Shown piece by piece: positions 21,013-32,300 of a DNA stretch of 64,000 nucleotides; within the stretch, counting starts at the first letter, position 1, and every line of letters begins with the position of its first letter. Below the pieces are notes generated by a model, which was not told where the DNA came from, searched no databases, and saw nothing but the letters and a program-made list of their open reading frames with translations. A program made the translations under genes and the position numbers. The DNA comes from an uncultured Planctomycetaceae bacterium (lineage in GTDB: Bacteria; Planctomycetota; Planctomycetia; Pirellulales; PALSA-1355), in contig CAWAUV010000007.1 of NCBI GenBank assembly GCA_963785305.1, forward strand, positions 576,001 to 640,000, in the 5' to 3' direction.

Positions 21013-21400
21013 ATTCCGGGATTCCCGGATTCCGCGATCCGCCGGCGCCATGCGTTTCCGCGCATGTGGCGCCTAGAGACGGACGAGCCAGTAAAAAACG
21101 CCGCGCTGGTTCCAATGCGGCCGCCGCGCGATCTGGTGGAAATATGCCGAATTGTCGGGCGGCGCGGGGCGAGCGGGGCTTTTCGGGGGCCGCGGCGTCG
21201 CGCGAGGGGACGTGTTTGATTGCGAGCGGCCCGCGGACGAGGCTATGATAGAAGCTCGCCCATTGCCCGATCTTGGAACGCATGTAGCCGCAATTCTCGA
21301 TACAACGCTCCGCGGGGCGATTTTACCCGCTCCCCTTTAGGGGTAAGCGCAGAGCGAAGACTCGCCGCCGAGGCGCCTGGAGTCAGCACGACGAATTCCG

Positions 21401-23452
21401 ATGACGATCCAGCGCCCCGAACCACCCCCGAGCCCGCTCATCGCCGTGCCCAACGCGGCCGCGGCGCCCGCCGCGCCGGGGGGGGCCAACGTATCGAGCA
21501 CGACGCCGGTATTGAGCACGACGCTGGCGGCGAGCCCTGGCGACGAGCGGCGCCCGCGGCCGGCGGTGCGCAGTGCGGTGGTCGTGGCGGTGATGGCGCT
21601 CATTGCCTGGTACTACGCATGGACCGCGGGCACCAACGGCACTCCGCTCATCGTGCCTCCGGGAACCATGTTCACGGCCCACGACGACGAGATCTGCGCG
21701 AACCACTACGGCTACTACAACCTCCTGGCCGACGCCTATTTGGCCGGCCAGTTGAGCCTGCTGGTCGAGCCGCCCAAGGAACTGCTCGCGCTCTCGGACC
21801 CCTACGATCCGAAACAGAACAAGCCCTATCGACTACACGACGCCACACTGTTCAACGGCAAATATTACCTCTACTTTGGCCCGACGCCGGCGCTGCTTTT
21901 GTTCATTCCGTGGCGCCTGCTGGGCCTCGTGGGCGTGGGCCACGTGAGCGAGCCGCTTGCCACCGCGATTTTCGCCTTCGGAGCCTATGCGTTCAGTGTG
22001 CTCTTGCTGCGACACTTGGTGCGCAGGCACTTGCCCAAGACCCCCTTCTGGATGGAGCTTACGGGCGTCGTCTGCCTGGGCCTTAGCAACACCATGCCGT
22101 TTATCTTGCGGCGGCCGGTGGTTTATGAAGTGGCGATCACCTGCGGTGCGATGCTCTCGATGGGCGGGCTCTACTTCCTGATCCGCGGCTACGAAGGCTG
22201 GCGGCGCCCCTTGTCGTTTTCGCTCGCGAGCCTGATGTTCGGCTTGGCGATCGGCGCGCGGCCGAATCTGGTGCTAAGCGTGCTCCTGCTGGCGGCGATC
22301 GGGCTATTGATCCTTAAGAATGAATACCACCGGCGCGTGTTTGCGGCCTGGCGCGAAGCGACGGCGCTCGCCGCGCCCTTTTGCGCCTGCTTGGCCTTGG
22401 TCCTGGCATATAACTTCGCGCGATTTGAGAAAGCATCGGAGTTCGGGCTCATATATCAACTTGCGGGCACAAAGGTTTCCACGATCGCTCTCCTTGGTTT
22501 TTCAAATATCGTCCCGAACGCGTACTTTTACTTTCTCGCGCCTCCACGCTTACATTTCCTGTTTCCATATGTCCGATTAGCTAAAGATTTTCCTGGTGCA
22601 GTACCGGCGACGTATCTTGGCGTCGAGCCGGTCGCGGGCCTCTTTATTGTGGCTCCTATTAGTCTATGCGTTCTGTTTTTCCCGTGGTTACTCGGTCGCG
22701 GATGGCGTCGCCGCGGAGATTTTTTTGTTGCGATGTGCTCTTTAGTAGGGACTGGAATCGCGATCGCATTCTTCGTCTCGTTGATTATTCCAGCAGCAAC
22801 AATGCGTTACGAGGGTGACTTCGTTATGCCGTTGCTACTCGCAGCGGTTCTACTTTGGATTTGTTCGGCAAGCGTAGTGACGACACAACGCGCCCGGATA
22901 AGGTTGAACATGTTTGTCGCCGCCGCCGTCGCGTTCGGCTGCATTTTTAATTTAGCGATCGGGATGCTCGGCTATTTTCAACTATTTGAACGCGGCGAAC
23001 CGGGAACCTATGCGGCGATAGAGAGAATGTTCCTTCCCGTTACGAACTTTCTGGGACGTGTCGCGTCGGCGCCCTCGCGAATAAGACTGTTCGTTTGCCC
23101 TGCAAATCAATTTGATGATGAACTCGGGTCGCCGGTTTATCGAATTGATGAGCAGCCGGCGGTCGTGAAGGCATATTTCCAAGAATCCGCCGCATTGAGT
23201 ATTCGCGCCCTATGGAATCAGGTTCCGAGTTCATTGACTGATGGCCCGAAGGTGGTGCGACTGAGTGTCAACGGTCATTCATTCGGCGACTTTACAGTTT
23301 GCGATCCAGCGGAGCATGATATTACCATTCCACTTGCCGCGGGGCTGAATCTGGTCACGGTGAGCGTTGACGATGGGTCACGTTCGTCGGCGCATCCGGC
23401 CGTGGAATGCCGAAATCTCAGGATTGCTAGCGAGACGCTACCGAGCCATTAG
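21401..23452 (+). CDS. Polytopic membrane protein, putative GT-C-type glycosyltransferase with C-terminal soluble domain
   Basis: About a dozen hydrophobic segments, loop motifs YNLLADAYLAGQL and GKYYLYFGPTPALL; lies in a glycan cluster. Function is inference. Confidence 0.6.
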   Translation: MTIQRPEPPPSPLIAVPNAAAAPAAPGGANVSSTTPVLSTTLAASPGDERRPRPAVRSAVVVAVMALIAWYYAWTAGTNGTPLIVPPGTMFTAHDDEICANHYGYYNLLADAYLAGQLSLLVEPPKELLALSDPYDPKQNKPYRLHDATLFNGKYYLYFGPTPALLLFIPWRLLGLVGVGHVSEPLATAIFAFGAYAFSVLLLRHLVRRHLPKTPFWMELTGVVCLGLSNTMPFILRRPVVYEVAITCGAMLSMGGLYFLIRGYEGWRRPLSFSLASLMFGLAIGARPNLVLSVLLLAAIGLLILKNEYHRRVFAAWREATALAAPFCACLALVLAYNFARFEKASEFGLIYQLAGTKVSTIALLGFSNIVPNAYFYFLAPPRLHFLFPYVRLAKDFPGAVPATYLGVEPVAGLFIVAPISLCVLFFPWLLGRGWRRRGDFFVAMCSLVGTGIAIAFFVSLIIPAATMRYEGDFVMPLLLAAVLLWICSASVVTTQRARIRLNMFVAAAVAFGCIFNLAIGMLGYFQLFERGEPGTYAAIERMFLPVTNFLGRVASAPSRIRLFVCPANQFDDELGSPVYRIDEQPAVVKAYFQESAALSIRALWNQVPSSLTDGPKVVRLSVNGHSFGDFTVCDPAEHDITIPLAAGLNLVTVSVDDGSRSSAHPAVECRNLRIASETLPSH

Positions 23453-23497
23453 CCTGCTTGGTTGATGCAGAAAATCAATATTTCGCGGAGTTCGTTC

Positions 23498-24448
23498 ATG
23501 GATCGTTTCATCGCCGGCGGCGCCGGGTTCATCGGCAGTCATATCGTCGAACGTCTGCTGGCGACGACCGACGAAGGCCGCGTAACGGTTTTTGACAATT
23601 TTTCGTCGGGGCAGGAATCGTTTCTGGCGGCCAGCCGCGCCAACCCGCGGCTCAACGTCGTCAAAGCGGACATCAAGGACCTGCCCGCGCTGACGCAGGC
23701 GATGGCAGGCCATGAAATGGTCTATCTTTTCGCCTCGAACCCCGATATCGCCAAAGCCGCCACCGATCCGGCGATCGACTTCTGGGAAGGCACGTACCTT
23801 GTCAATAACATCGTCGAAGCCATGCGAATCAACAAGGTCCCCAAGCTGATCTACGCCTCGGGCAGCGGAGTGTACGGCGAAGGCGGCCTCCATGAATTCA
23901 CGGAGGATCATGGCCCCATGTTGCCGATATCGACTTACGGGGCGAGCAAGATGGCCGGGGAATTGCTGATTGGCGCCTACTGTCACATGTTCGGCCTTTC
24001 GGCCCGGTGCTACCGGTTTGCGAATGTGGTCGGACCCCGGCAAACGCATGGCGTGGCTTTTGATTTCATCAATCGGCTCAAGGCCAACCCAAGCGAACTG
24101 CAAATTCTGGGCGATGGCGAGCAGAGCAAATCATACATCCATGTCGACGACATTCTGGATGCGATCGCGTGGAGCGATCGGCATTCCACTCGGCAGTTTG
24201 ACTATTTCAACGTCGCCACGGGCGATTATATTACAGTCCGCGAGATCGCCGACATTGTTGTCGATGTAATGGGGCTGCGTCGCGACAGCGTGAGTTACAA
24301 GTTCACGGGCGGCGATCGTGGGTGGAAAGGCAACGTGCCCGTCGTGCGATTCAGTGTCGCAAAGATCAATAACATGGCTTGGCGGGCGAAGCTCCAATCG
24401 AGAGAAGCAATTCGGCAAGCCGCGCGTGCAATGCTCCGCAATCGTTGA
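23498..24448 (+). CDS. NAD-dependent epimerase/dehydratase
   Basis: AGGAGFIG, YGASK, RFANVVG, ILGDGEQSKSYIHV. Confidence 0.9.
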   Translation: MDRFIAGGAGFIGSHIVERLLATTDEGRVTVFDNFSSGQESFLAASRANPRLNVVKADIKDLPALTQAMAGHEMVYLFASNPDIAKAATDPAIDFWEGTYLVNNIVEAMRINKVPKLIYASGSGVYGEGGLHEFTEDHGPMLPISTYGASKMAGELLIGAYCHMFGLSARCYRFANVVGPRQTHGVAFDFINRLKANPSELQILGDGEQSKSYIHVDDILDAIAWSDRHSTRQFDYFNVATGDYITVREIADIVVDVMGLRRDSVSYKFTGGDRGWKGNVPVVRFSVAKINNMAWRAKLQSREAIRQAARAMLRNR

Positions 24449-24592
24449 CCCTATCTTCGCGAAGTTCTACGACTTTTTGCGAAAATGTTTGCAGTGTTAT
24501 CCGCGTCGCGTTGTTCTGATTCGCGGCGGCAGGCACTTTTTTCGGCGCGGCGCGGAAATATTCCGCCGAAAGAACGAATTGAGAATTACCAA

Positions 24593-26185
24593 ATGATAAT
24601 CGTCGTCGGTTCGGGGCCTGCGGGAGTCGCTGCGGCAGCCGCGCTGCTGCGGGGCGGAAGCACCGTGACGATGCTCAACGCCGGCGTCGACATCGAGCCG
24701 GAACGGCGAGTCATCCTTGATAAATTACGGGGTCAGGCGCCTCCCGACTGGGACCCATCGAGTATCGATTTCATAAAAACAGGAATGAAACCAAGCGCGA
24801 GAGGAGTGCCCCGTAAGCTTTCATACGGATCGGACTTTCCATTTCAAGCGGCTGATGAATATTTGAATCTCGCCGGGCCCGCCACAATCAATACAGCGGC
24901 GTCGTTCGCGTGTGGAGGTTTCAGCAATGTCTGGGGCGCCGCGATCATGCCGTATTCGTCGTCGGACATCGCGGGCTGGCCCATCGGAATCGACGATCTG
25001 GCGCCCCACTATCGCGATGTTCTTGCGTTCATGCGAATGTCCGCGCCCGCGATGATCTGGAACCGTTGTTTCCATTATACGCCGACGAATTCGACGCACT
25101 CGAATCAAGCCGTCAGGCGAACGAATTTATCGCCGACATGTCGAAAAACCGCGAAGAATTAGGCGAAGCAAATATCCATTTCGGCGCCTCGCGATTGGCG
25201 GTCGACATACGCGGAGACCACGAGCGGCGGGGATGCGTGTACTGCGGCCTGTGCATGTACGGTTGCCCGTATGGATTGATCTATAACAGCGCGAATACCG
25301 TAAGTCAGCTTCAGGCTAATCGGCAATTTACATATTTGAAGAATGTCGTCGTTCATCGTATTCTGGAGCGCGGCAATGAAGTCGTGATCGAAGCGACCGA
25401 TCGTTTCACGAAGAATCCCATCCAATTCAATGCGGGCAGGGCGTGCCTTGCATGCGGCCCGATTTCCACGACCCGTATTCTATTGGAGTCGCTTCGCGCA
25501 TACGACTCTCCCGTCGAGCTACTGGATAGCCAGCAATTCCAGCTTCCATTGCTTCGTTATCGGAGCGCCGGAAAAGTAACTCGCGAGCCATTGCATACGA
25601 TGGCTCAAGCGTTTCTCGAAATTCTCGATTCGCGGATTGATCCGCACACTGTACATTTACAGGTTTATACGTACAACGACCTCTTCCTGGAAGCGATCAA
25701 GAAAAAAGTGGGTCGGTTTTACCCGCTGCTAAGCGCTCCGCGAATGAATTCCTCAACCGATTATTGTTCACGTTCGGCTATCTACATTCGGACTCGTCAC
25801 CCAAGATTGATTTGCGCCTAATTCATTCAAATGGCGCGAATCAGCGCGAATTGAGAATGAACATTAATCCGAATGGTAGCGGCGCCGCGGAAACGGTTCG
25901 GCGCCTCGTCAAGAAGCTTTTTCGCTGCCGCGAATATTTGCCGCCGTCCCCTTGTCGCCACTCGTCGAAATTAGTAGGGTCGGGCAAGGGTTCCACAGTG
26001 GCGGAACATTTCCCATGGCCCTGAAGCCTCAGGGCTATCAGAGCGACGTTCTTGGGCGTCCGTGTGGCTTCAACCGGGTTCACGCTGTCGATTCGACGAT
26101 CTTTCCAAGCATCCCCGCGACGACGATCACGCTTTCGATCATGGCGAACGCCCATAGAATCGGCTCCGCCATCGCAGCGGCATAG
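24593..26185 (+). CDS. FAD-dependent GMC-type oxidoreductase (frameshifts near 25045, 25740, 25945)
   Basis: IVVGSGPAG, GGFSNVWGA, CVYCGLCMYGCP, HSGGTFPM, VDSTIFPSIPATTITLSIMANAHRI spread over four ORFs. Confidence 0.8.
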
Positions 26186-26195
26186 CTAGACTGAT

Positions 26196-27118
26196 ATGAT
26201 TACATTACGATGCGCAATTACTGGAGCTAACGGCTACGTGGGCTCTTGCATTGGCAAAGCCATGGAGCGAGCGGGCATCGTGGTGCTGAAACTCCAGCGC
26301 CGTGGCGTTGCTGATCCGGGCTTCCGGCGGTTTTCGTTGGACAGTGGCGCAGATACTGACTCGCTCCGCGGCGTTGATGCGCTGGTTCATTGTGCTTGGG
26401 ATATTACCGCCCATTCTTGGGACGAGATTACGGCGACGAACATTCAAGGTTCGCAACGTCTTTTTGAGCATGCAAAAGCCGCGGGCGTCAAACGGGTCGT
26501 GTTTATTTCGAGCATGAGCGCTTTTTCTGGCTGCAAGTCACGCTATGGACGCTCGAAGCTGGAAGTAGAATCGATTGCCGATCGGTTCGACGTTGCGATT
26601 GTTCGGCCGGGACTTGTTTATGGGGATGCTTCCGGCGGCATGATCGGGGCATCGCAAAGGCGACCGCATTGCCGGTGCTGCCCTTGATCGGCGGCCATCA
26701 GAAACTGTATCTTGTCCACGAAGATGATTTATCGCGACTTGTGATCGACCTTTGCCGCGGCGACGTTTCGTACCCCGGATCGCCGATCGTCGCCGCGCAT
26801 GCTCGGGCTCGAACGTTCCATGAGATCATGACGATTCTAGTCGCGAGCCAAGGGAAACAGACATTCCTGATACCGATGCCCTGGCGACCCCTGTGGCTCG
26901 CATTGAAAATCGCGGAGCTGATCGGAATGCGGTCGCGACTGCGGAGTGATGGCCTTGTCGGGCTATTGAACCCCGATTGCAACCCCGACTTCGGCGCGAC
27001 CATTGCAGCCGGCCTAAAGTTCCAAGAGTTCGTCGGCTTCGATACCAACGGCATCGGCGCAGCGACGGACAAATCGAGCGATGATCGCATGGTCGACCGT
27101 TCATTTCCGCGAAAATAA
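26196..27118 (+). CDS. NAD-dependent epimerase/dehydratase (frameshift near 26650)
   Basis: TGANGYVG, VHCAW, YGRSK, RPGLVYG, LVHEDD. Confidence 0.82.
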
Positions 27119-27128
27119 AGGCTCACTC

Positions 27129-28347
27129 ATGAACGATTCGATCGGCCAAGTCGACGCCAAAGCGATCGCCGAAGGCGGTGATGATCCAGCCAAGGAAAAT
27201 GCGCCCATCGTTTCCATCGTCGTTCCCGCTTTGAACGAGGAATTGACCATCGGCGAGTTCGTCGACTGGTGTCATGAAGGGTTGCGGCGAGCCAACGTGG
27301 ACGGCGAAATTCTGATTATCGATAGCTCCGCCGATCGCACCGCCGAGGTCGCCGAGAGCAAGGGAGCTCGCGTGCTGCGCATGCCCAAGCGCGGGCTCGG
27401 AAGAGCCTATATCGACGCGATCCCGCATATCCGCGGCAAGTATGTCATCATGGGCGACTGCGATCTTACCTACGACTTTCGCGAAATCAAACCGTTCGTC
27501 GACGCGCTCGACGCCGGCGCCGAATTCGTCATGGGCACGCGCATGCGAGGATATATCGAGCCTGGCGCCATGCCGGCCCTTCATCGCTATTTCGGCACTC
27601 CGCTGACGACTTGGATTCTCAATCGGATGTACGGCACGCGGTATTCAGACATTCACTGCGGCATGCGGGCGATGACGCTCGATGCGCTCAAGCAGATCAA
27701 TATCCAATCGAACTCTTGGGAATACGCGTCGGAAATGGTGCTCAAGGCCGGCAAGCTCCGGCTGAAGACGGTCGAGGCGCCAATTCGCTTTTATAAGGAC
27801 CGGCCCGGCCGCCTCAGCCATCACCGCCGCTCGGGATGGTTTTCGCCCTGGATGGCCGGCTGGATTAATCTACGGGCTATGTTTCTTTATGCCCGATTTT
27901 TTTCTCTATAAATCCGGCCTGCTGATGCTATTGCTAGGCAGCCTATTGACGTGTGGTTTGAGTTTAGGTCCGGTCACGATCGGCTCGATCGGACTCAGTT
28001 TGCACTCGATGCTGCTCGGGGTGGCGCTCTCGGCGATCGGGTTCATCGCGCTCGGGCTCGGATTGCTGGCCCGCGTATATCACAATTTCGATTCGGCCTA
28101 TACGGCCAAGGTTCTTCGCACATGGTCGTATAATCGCGGCATGGCGGTGGCGGCCGTTTTAATATTTTCCGGCGTTGTCATCGATTCGTTGCTCGTCGCC
28201 GACTGGGTGCGCGGCGGTCTTCGTCTCGGTGGCCTCTCGTTCTCGGGCGTTCTGGGGCTTTGGCTCTTGATGCTGGGCTTCGAGACATTTGCATTCACTT
28301 TGATCCTGCACATGGTGGGGACGACCGAACGCGGGCGGTCCGAGTGA
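27129..28347 (+). CDS. GT2 dolichol/polyprenyl-phosphate glycosyltransferase (DPM1-like) with C-terminal membrane domain (frameshift near 27892)
   Basis: SIVVPALNEE, GLGRAY, MGDCDLTYD, DIHCGMRA, WEYASEMV. Confidence 0.87.
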
Positions 28348-28393
28348 CTCTCGATTTCCCGCCGTGGCACGAAAGATATCGAAATCTCGGATA

Positions 28394-29015
28394 ATGGCGA
28401 AGCCGATGGAAACAACTCGCGACGAATCATATGGGCAGCGTCCGCTAACCTGGGTCGATCGCTTTGGCGTTTACCTTTCTCAGCGAGCAATACTTCGAAC
28501 TCTTCCCACGGGACGCAAGCTCGATGTTTTAGATTGCGGTTGCGGTTATCATGGCAAGATTCTAAATGCAATCCATCAACGCCTTGCGCGGAATCGGCAT
28601 CGATGTAAAAGTTTCGCCCGAAAAGCGAAGGCAAGGGAACATCGAACTGCGTGAAGGGAAACTCGAAACATCACTCAGCGCCGTGGCGGATGGCGAATTC
28701 GACGCGGTCCTCCTTATCTCAGTGCTCGAACATCTTAGCGATCCCCTCGAAGTGCTTGTTCATTGCCATCGACTGCTCCGGAGGGATGGTGTATTCGTCG
28801 TGAATGTTCCCACATGGCGTGGGAAAATATTCCTCGAACTTGCGGCGTTTCGCCTCGGCGTCGCCCCGGCATTTGAGATGGACGACCACAAGATGTATTA
28901 CGACCGCCGCGACCTCTGGCCAATGCTGGTGTGCGCCGGTTTTCGGCCAAGTCAAATTCGGTTGCGCTACCATAAGTTCGGCCTAAACCTCTTTGGTACC
29001 TGTTATAAACGCTAG
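28394..29015 (+). CDS. Class I SAM-dependent methyltransferase (frameshift near 28588)
   Basis: VLDCGCG, SVLEHL, HRLLRRDG..VNVP. Confidence 0.82.
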
Positions 29016-29168
29016 AAGTGTTATTGGGGGTGCGGCAATGAACCGACTCTCTCGCGTGAACGTCGCTATGTCCAGATTCGCGAACGCGAAGGCGATGCGG
29101 GACCCGCTATCAACGCACATCGTCGTATCGCAATTTCCGGATGTTTTTCAAACTACATGTGAATCTTG

Positions 29169-30053
29169 ATGCTGCCAGCGACGATGTTCCCCTTTCCATC
29201 CTCCACAGCCGCCGCCCCCATTTGGACCGGGCGGGGTTTTCTCGTCGATGGGCAGCCAGCGCCGTTTTTGAGCTACCTCTCCGAGTCGAGCGGCTGGTCC
29301 GATGATCTCACTGGCTTTCATGAGCAGATCGCCGGGCAGCATCATCCGATCGATGTCGCTTCGCGCCGCAATGCCGTCGGGCAGCTTGTTCGCCGTTTGC
29401 CGCCGGGGGCCACCTTGCTCGAAGTCGGGTGTTCCTCCGGCTTTCTGCTCGAAGACCTGCGGGCCGCCATGCCCGGCGCCACGCTGATCGGCTCCGATTT
29501 CGTCGCCGGGCCGCTCGCGGCGCTCGCCCAGCGGATGCCCGATGTGCCGCTCTTACAGTTCAATCTGGTCACCTGCCCGCTCGAAGACGCCTGCGTCGAC
29601 GCCGTGGTGATGCTCAATGTGCTCGAACACATTGAAGAAGATTTCGCCGCGCTCAAGCAAACGTGTCGCATCTTGAAGCCGGGCGGACTCGTGGTGATCG
29701 AAGTGCCGGCCGGCCCGCAGCTCTACGACGACTATGACCGGTACCTGATGCACCATCGCCGCTACACGATGGCCGAACTGCGGGCCAAGGTCGCCGAGGC
29801 CGGGCTCGAATCGCTCGAAGCTTCGCATTTGGGCTTTTTCGTCTATCCCGCGTTTGTGCGGGCCAAGCGAAAGAACCAACGCAACATGGCCGGCGACGCC
29901 GCGGCGATGCAGCGCGTGACCGAGCGCGAGATTCAGCAAACCCGCGGCAGTCGGCTCTTGAAGCTGCTTTTGGACATCGAAGCCGGGCTCGGCCGCTGGG
30001 TTTCGTATCCCACGGGCATTCGCTGCACCATGGTGTGCCGCAAGCCGCTCTGA
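29169..30053 (+). CDS. Class I SAM-dependent methyltransferase
   Basis: LLEVGCSSG, NVLEHI, RILKPGG.VVIEVPA, HHRRY. Confidence 0.9.
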   Translation: MLPATMFPFPSSTAAAPIWTGRGFLVDGQPAPFLSYLSESSGWSDDLTGFHEQIAGQHHPIDVASRRNAVGQLVRRLPPGATLLEVGCSSGFLLEDLRAAMPGATLIGSDFVAGPLAALAQRMPDVPLLQFNLVTCPLEDACVDAVVMLNVLEHIEEDFAALKQTCRILKPGGLVVIEVPAGPQLYDDYDRYLMHHRRYTMAELRAKVAEAGLESLEASHLGFFVYPAFVRAKRKNQRNMAGDAAAMQRVTEREIQQTRGSRLLKLLLDIEAGLGRWVSYPTGIRCTMVCRKPL

Positions 30054-30100
30054 GCCGGTCGCACAACCCGGGGGAAGTCTCGCGGACCCGCCGTCGAGCG

Positions 30101-31619
30101 ATAACACAAGCCTGAAGCGCCAGCGAAGGATCCCCGTCGCTCGCGCTCCGGGCTTGTGTATCGGAAGGATCCCCGTCGCTCGCGCTCCGGGCTTGAGTGT
30201 CGGAAGGATTCCCGTCGCTCGCGCTCCGGGCTTGTGTGTCGGAAGGATTCCCGTCGCTCGCGCTCCGGGCTTGTGTATCGGAAGGATCCCCGTCGCTCGC
30301 GCTCCGGGCTTGTGTATCGGAAGGATCCCCGTCGCTCGCGCTCCGGGCTTGTGTGTCGGAAGGATTCCCGTCGCTCGCGCTCCGGGCTTGTGTGTCGGAA
30401 GGATCCCCGTCGCTCGCGCTCCGGGCTTGTGTATCGGAAGGATCCCCGTCGCTCGCGCCCTCCGGGCTTGTGTGTCGGAAGGATTCCCGTCGCTCGCGCT
30501 CCGGGCTTGTGTGTCGGAAGGATTCCCGTCGCTCGCGCTCCGGGCTTGTGTATCGGAAGGATCCCCGTCGCTCGCGCTCCGGGCTTGTGTATCGGAAGGA
30601 TCCCCGTCGCTCGCGCTCCGGGCTTGTGTATCGGAAGGATCCCCGTCGCTCGCGCTCCGGGCTTGTGTATCGGAAGGATCCCCGTCGCTCGCACTCCGGG
30701 CTTGTGTATCGGAAGGATTCCCGTCGCTCGCGCTCCGGGCTTGAGTGTCGGAAGGATTCCCGTCGCTCGCACTCCGGGCTTGTGTGTCGGAAGGATCCCC
30801 GTCGCTCGCGCTCCGGGCTTGTGTATCGGAAGGATCCCCGTCGCTCGCGCTCCGGGCTTGTGTGTCGGAAGGATCCCCGTCGCTCGCGCTCCGGGCTTGT
30901 GTGTCGGAAGGATCCCCGTCGCTCGCGCTCCGGGCTTGTGTATCGGAAGGATCCCCGTCGCTCGCGCTCCGGGCTTGTGTATCGGAAGGATCCCCGTCGC
31001 TCGCGCTCCGGGCTTGTGTGTCGGAAGGATCCCCGTCGCTCGCGCTCCGGGCTTGTGTGTCGGAAGGATCCCCGTCGCTCGCGCTCCGGGCTTGTGTATC
31101 GGAAGGATCCCCGTCGCTCGCGCTCCGGGCTTGTGTATCGGAAGGATCCCCGTCGCTCGCGCTCCGGGCTTGTGTATCGGAAGGATCCCCGTCGCTCGCG
31201 CTCCGGGCTTGTGTATCGGAAGGATCCCCGTCGCTCGCGCTCCGGGCTTGTGTATCGGAAGGATCCCCGTCGCTCGCGCTCCGGGCTTGTGTATCGGAAG
31301 GATCCCCGTCGCTCGCGCTCCGGGCTTGTGTATCGGAAGGATCCCCGTCGCTCGCGCTCCGGGCTTGTGTGTCGGAAGGATCCCCGTCGCTCGCGCTCCG
31401 GGCTTGTGTGTCGGAAGGATTCCCGTCGCTCGCGCTCCGGGCTTGTGTATCGGAAGGATCCCCGTCGCTCGCGCTCCGGGCTTGTGTATCGGAAGGATCC
31501 CCGTCGCTCGCGCTCCGGGCTTGTGTATCGGAAGGATTCCCGTCGCTCGCGCTCCGGGCTTGTGTATCGGAAGGATCCCCGTCGCTCGCGCTCCGGGCTT
31601 GTGTGTCGCGAGCGACGGC
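30101..31619. repeat. Tandem array of 38 x 39-bp REP-like units with one inverted leading copy and a short inverted tail
   Basis: Unit GAAGGAT[C/T]CCCGTCGCTCGC[G/A]CTCCGGGCTTG[T/A]GT[A/G]TCG from 30125 to 31608 (one +2 bp insertion near 30459); inverted copy ACACAAGCCTGAAGCGCCAGCGAAGG at ~30104-30129; tail CGAGCGACGG 31609-31618. Confidence 0.97.
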
Positions 31620-31659
31620 AACTCGAAATGCAATGGCGCCGACACGGGCGGGCGGCCGG

Positions 31660-32283
31660 CTATTTGGACGGCCCGATTCTCACCTGGCGGCCTTCGATGC
31701 TCACGCGGCCGGCGGCCAGCAGTCGCAGCGCGGCGGGATATGCTTCGCGCTCGGCGGAGAAGACTCGCGCGGCCAGGGTGTCGGGCGTGTCGTTGTCTTC
31801 GACCGGCACGGTTTCTTGCAGCAAGATCGGGCCGTGGTCGTACTCGTTGTCGACGAAATGCACCGTGCAACCGCTGAGCTTCACTCCATAGTCGAGCGCG
31901 GCGGCGTGAACATGGCGGCCATACATGCCGTGGCCGCAGAAGGCCGGTATCAATGCCGGATGGATATTCACCACGCGAAACGCGAAGTCGGCGGGAATCG
32001 GCACGAATTTCAGAAACCCAGCCATCACGACCAGCCCGACGCGCGCATCGCGGCAGCGATCGAAAATCGCGGCGCTATATTCCTCGGGCGAGCCGAACGT
32101 GTTTCGTTCGCAAATGAATGTCGGAATGCCGGCCCGCGCGGCGATCTCGATTCCGCCGGCCCGCGGATTGCTCGACACGCAGAGCGCGATCTCGATCGGC
32201 AGCGAGCCGCGGGCCACGTGCTCGATGAGGTTTTTCAGCGTGGCGCCACCGCCCGAGATCAGCGCCGCGATCTTGAGCGGCAT
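31660..32283 (-). CDS. purN: Phosphoribosylglycinamide formyltransferase
   Basis: LISGGG, MAGFL, NIHPALIP, SGCTVHFVDNEYDHGPI. Confidence 0.95.
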   Translation of the reverse strand: MPLKIAALISGGGATLKNLIEHVARGSLPIEIALCVSSNPRAGGIEIAARAGIPTFICERNTFGSPEEYSAAIFDRCRDARVGLVVMAGFLKFVPIPADFAFRVVNIHPALIPAFCGHGMYGRHVHAAALDYGVKLSGCTVHFVDNEYDHGPILLQETVPVEDNDTPDTLAARVFSAEREAYPAALRLLAAGRVSIEGRQVRIGPSK

Positions 32284-32300
32284 GGGAAATTCGAGGCGGG

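Noticed and set aside
30125..31608. CRISPR array
   Set aside because: No unique spacers; units abut and differ only at four positions; no cas genes in the window.
30053..32283. Reverse transcriptase, RAYT or integrase responsible for the array
   Set aside because: None is encoded in this window; the neighbours are a methyltransferase and purN.
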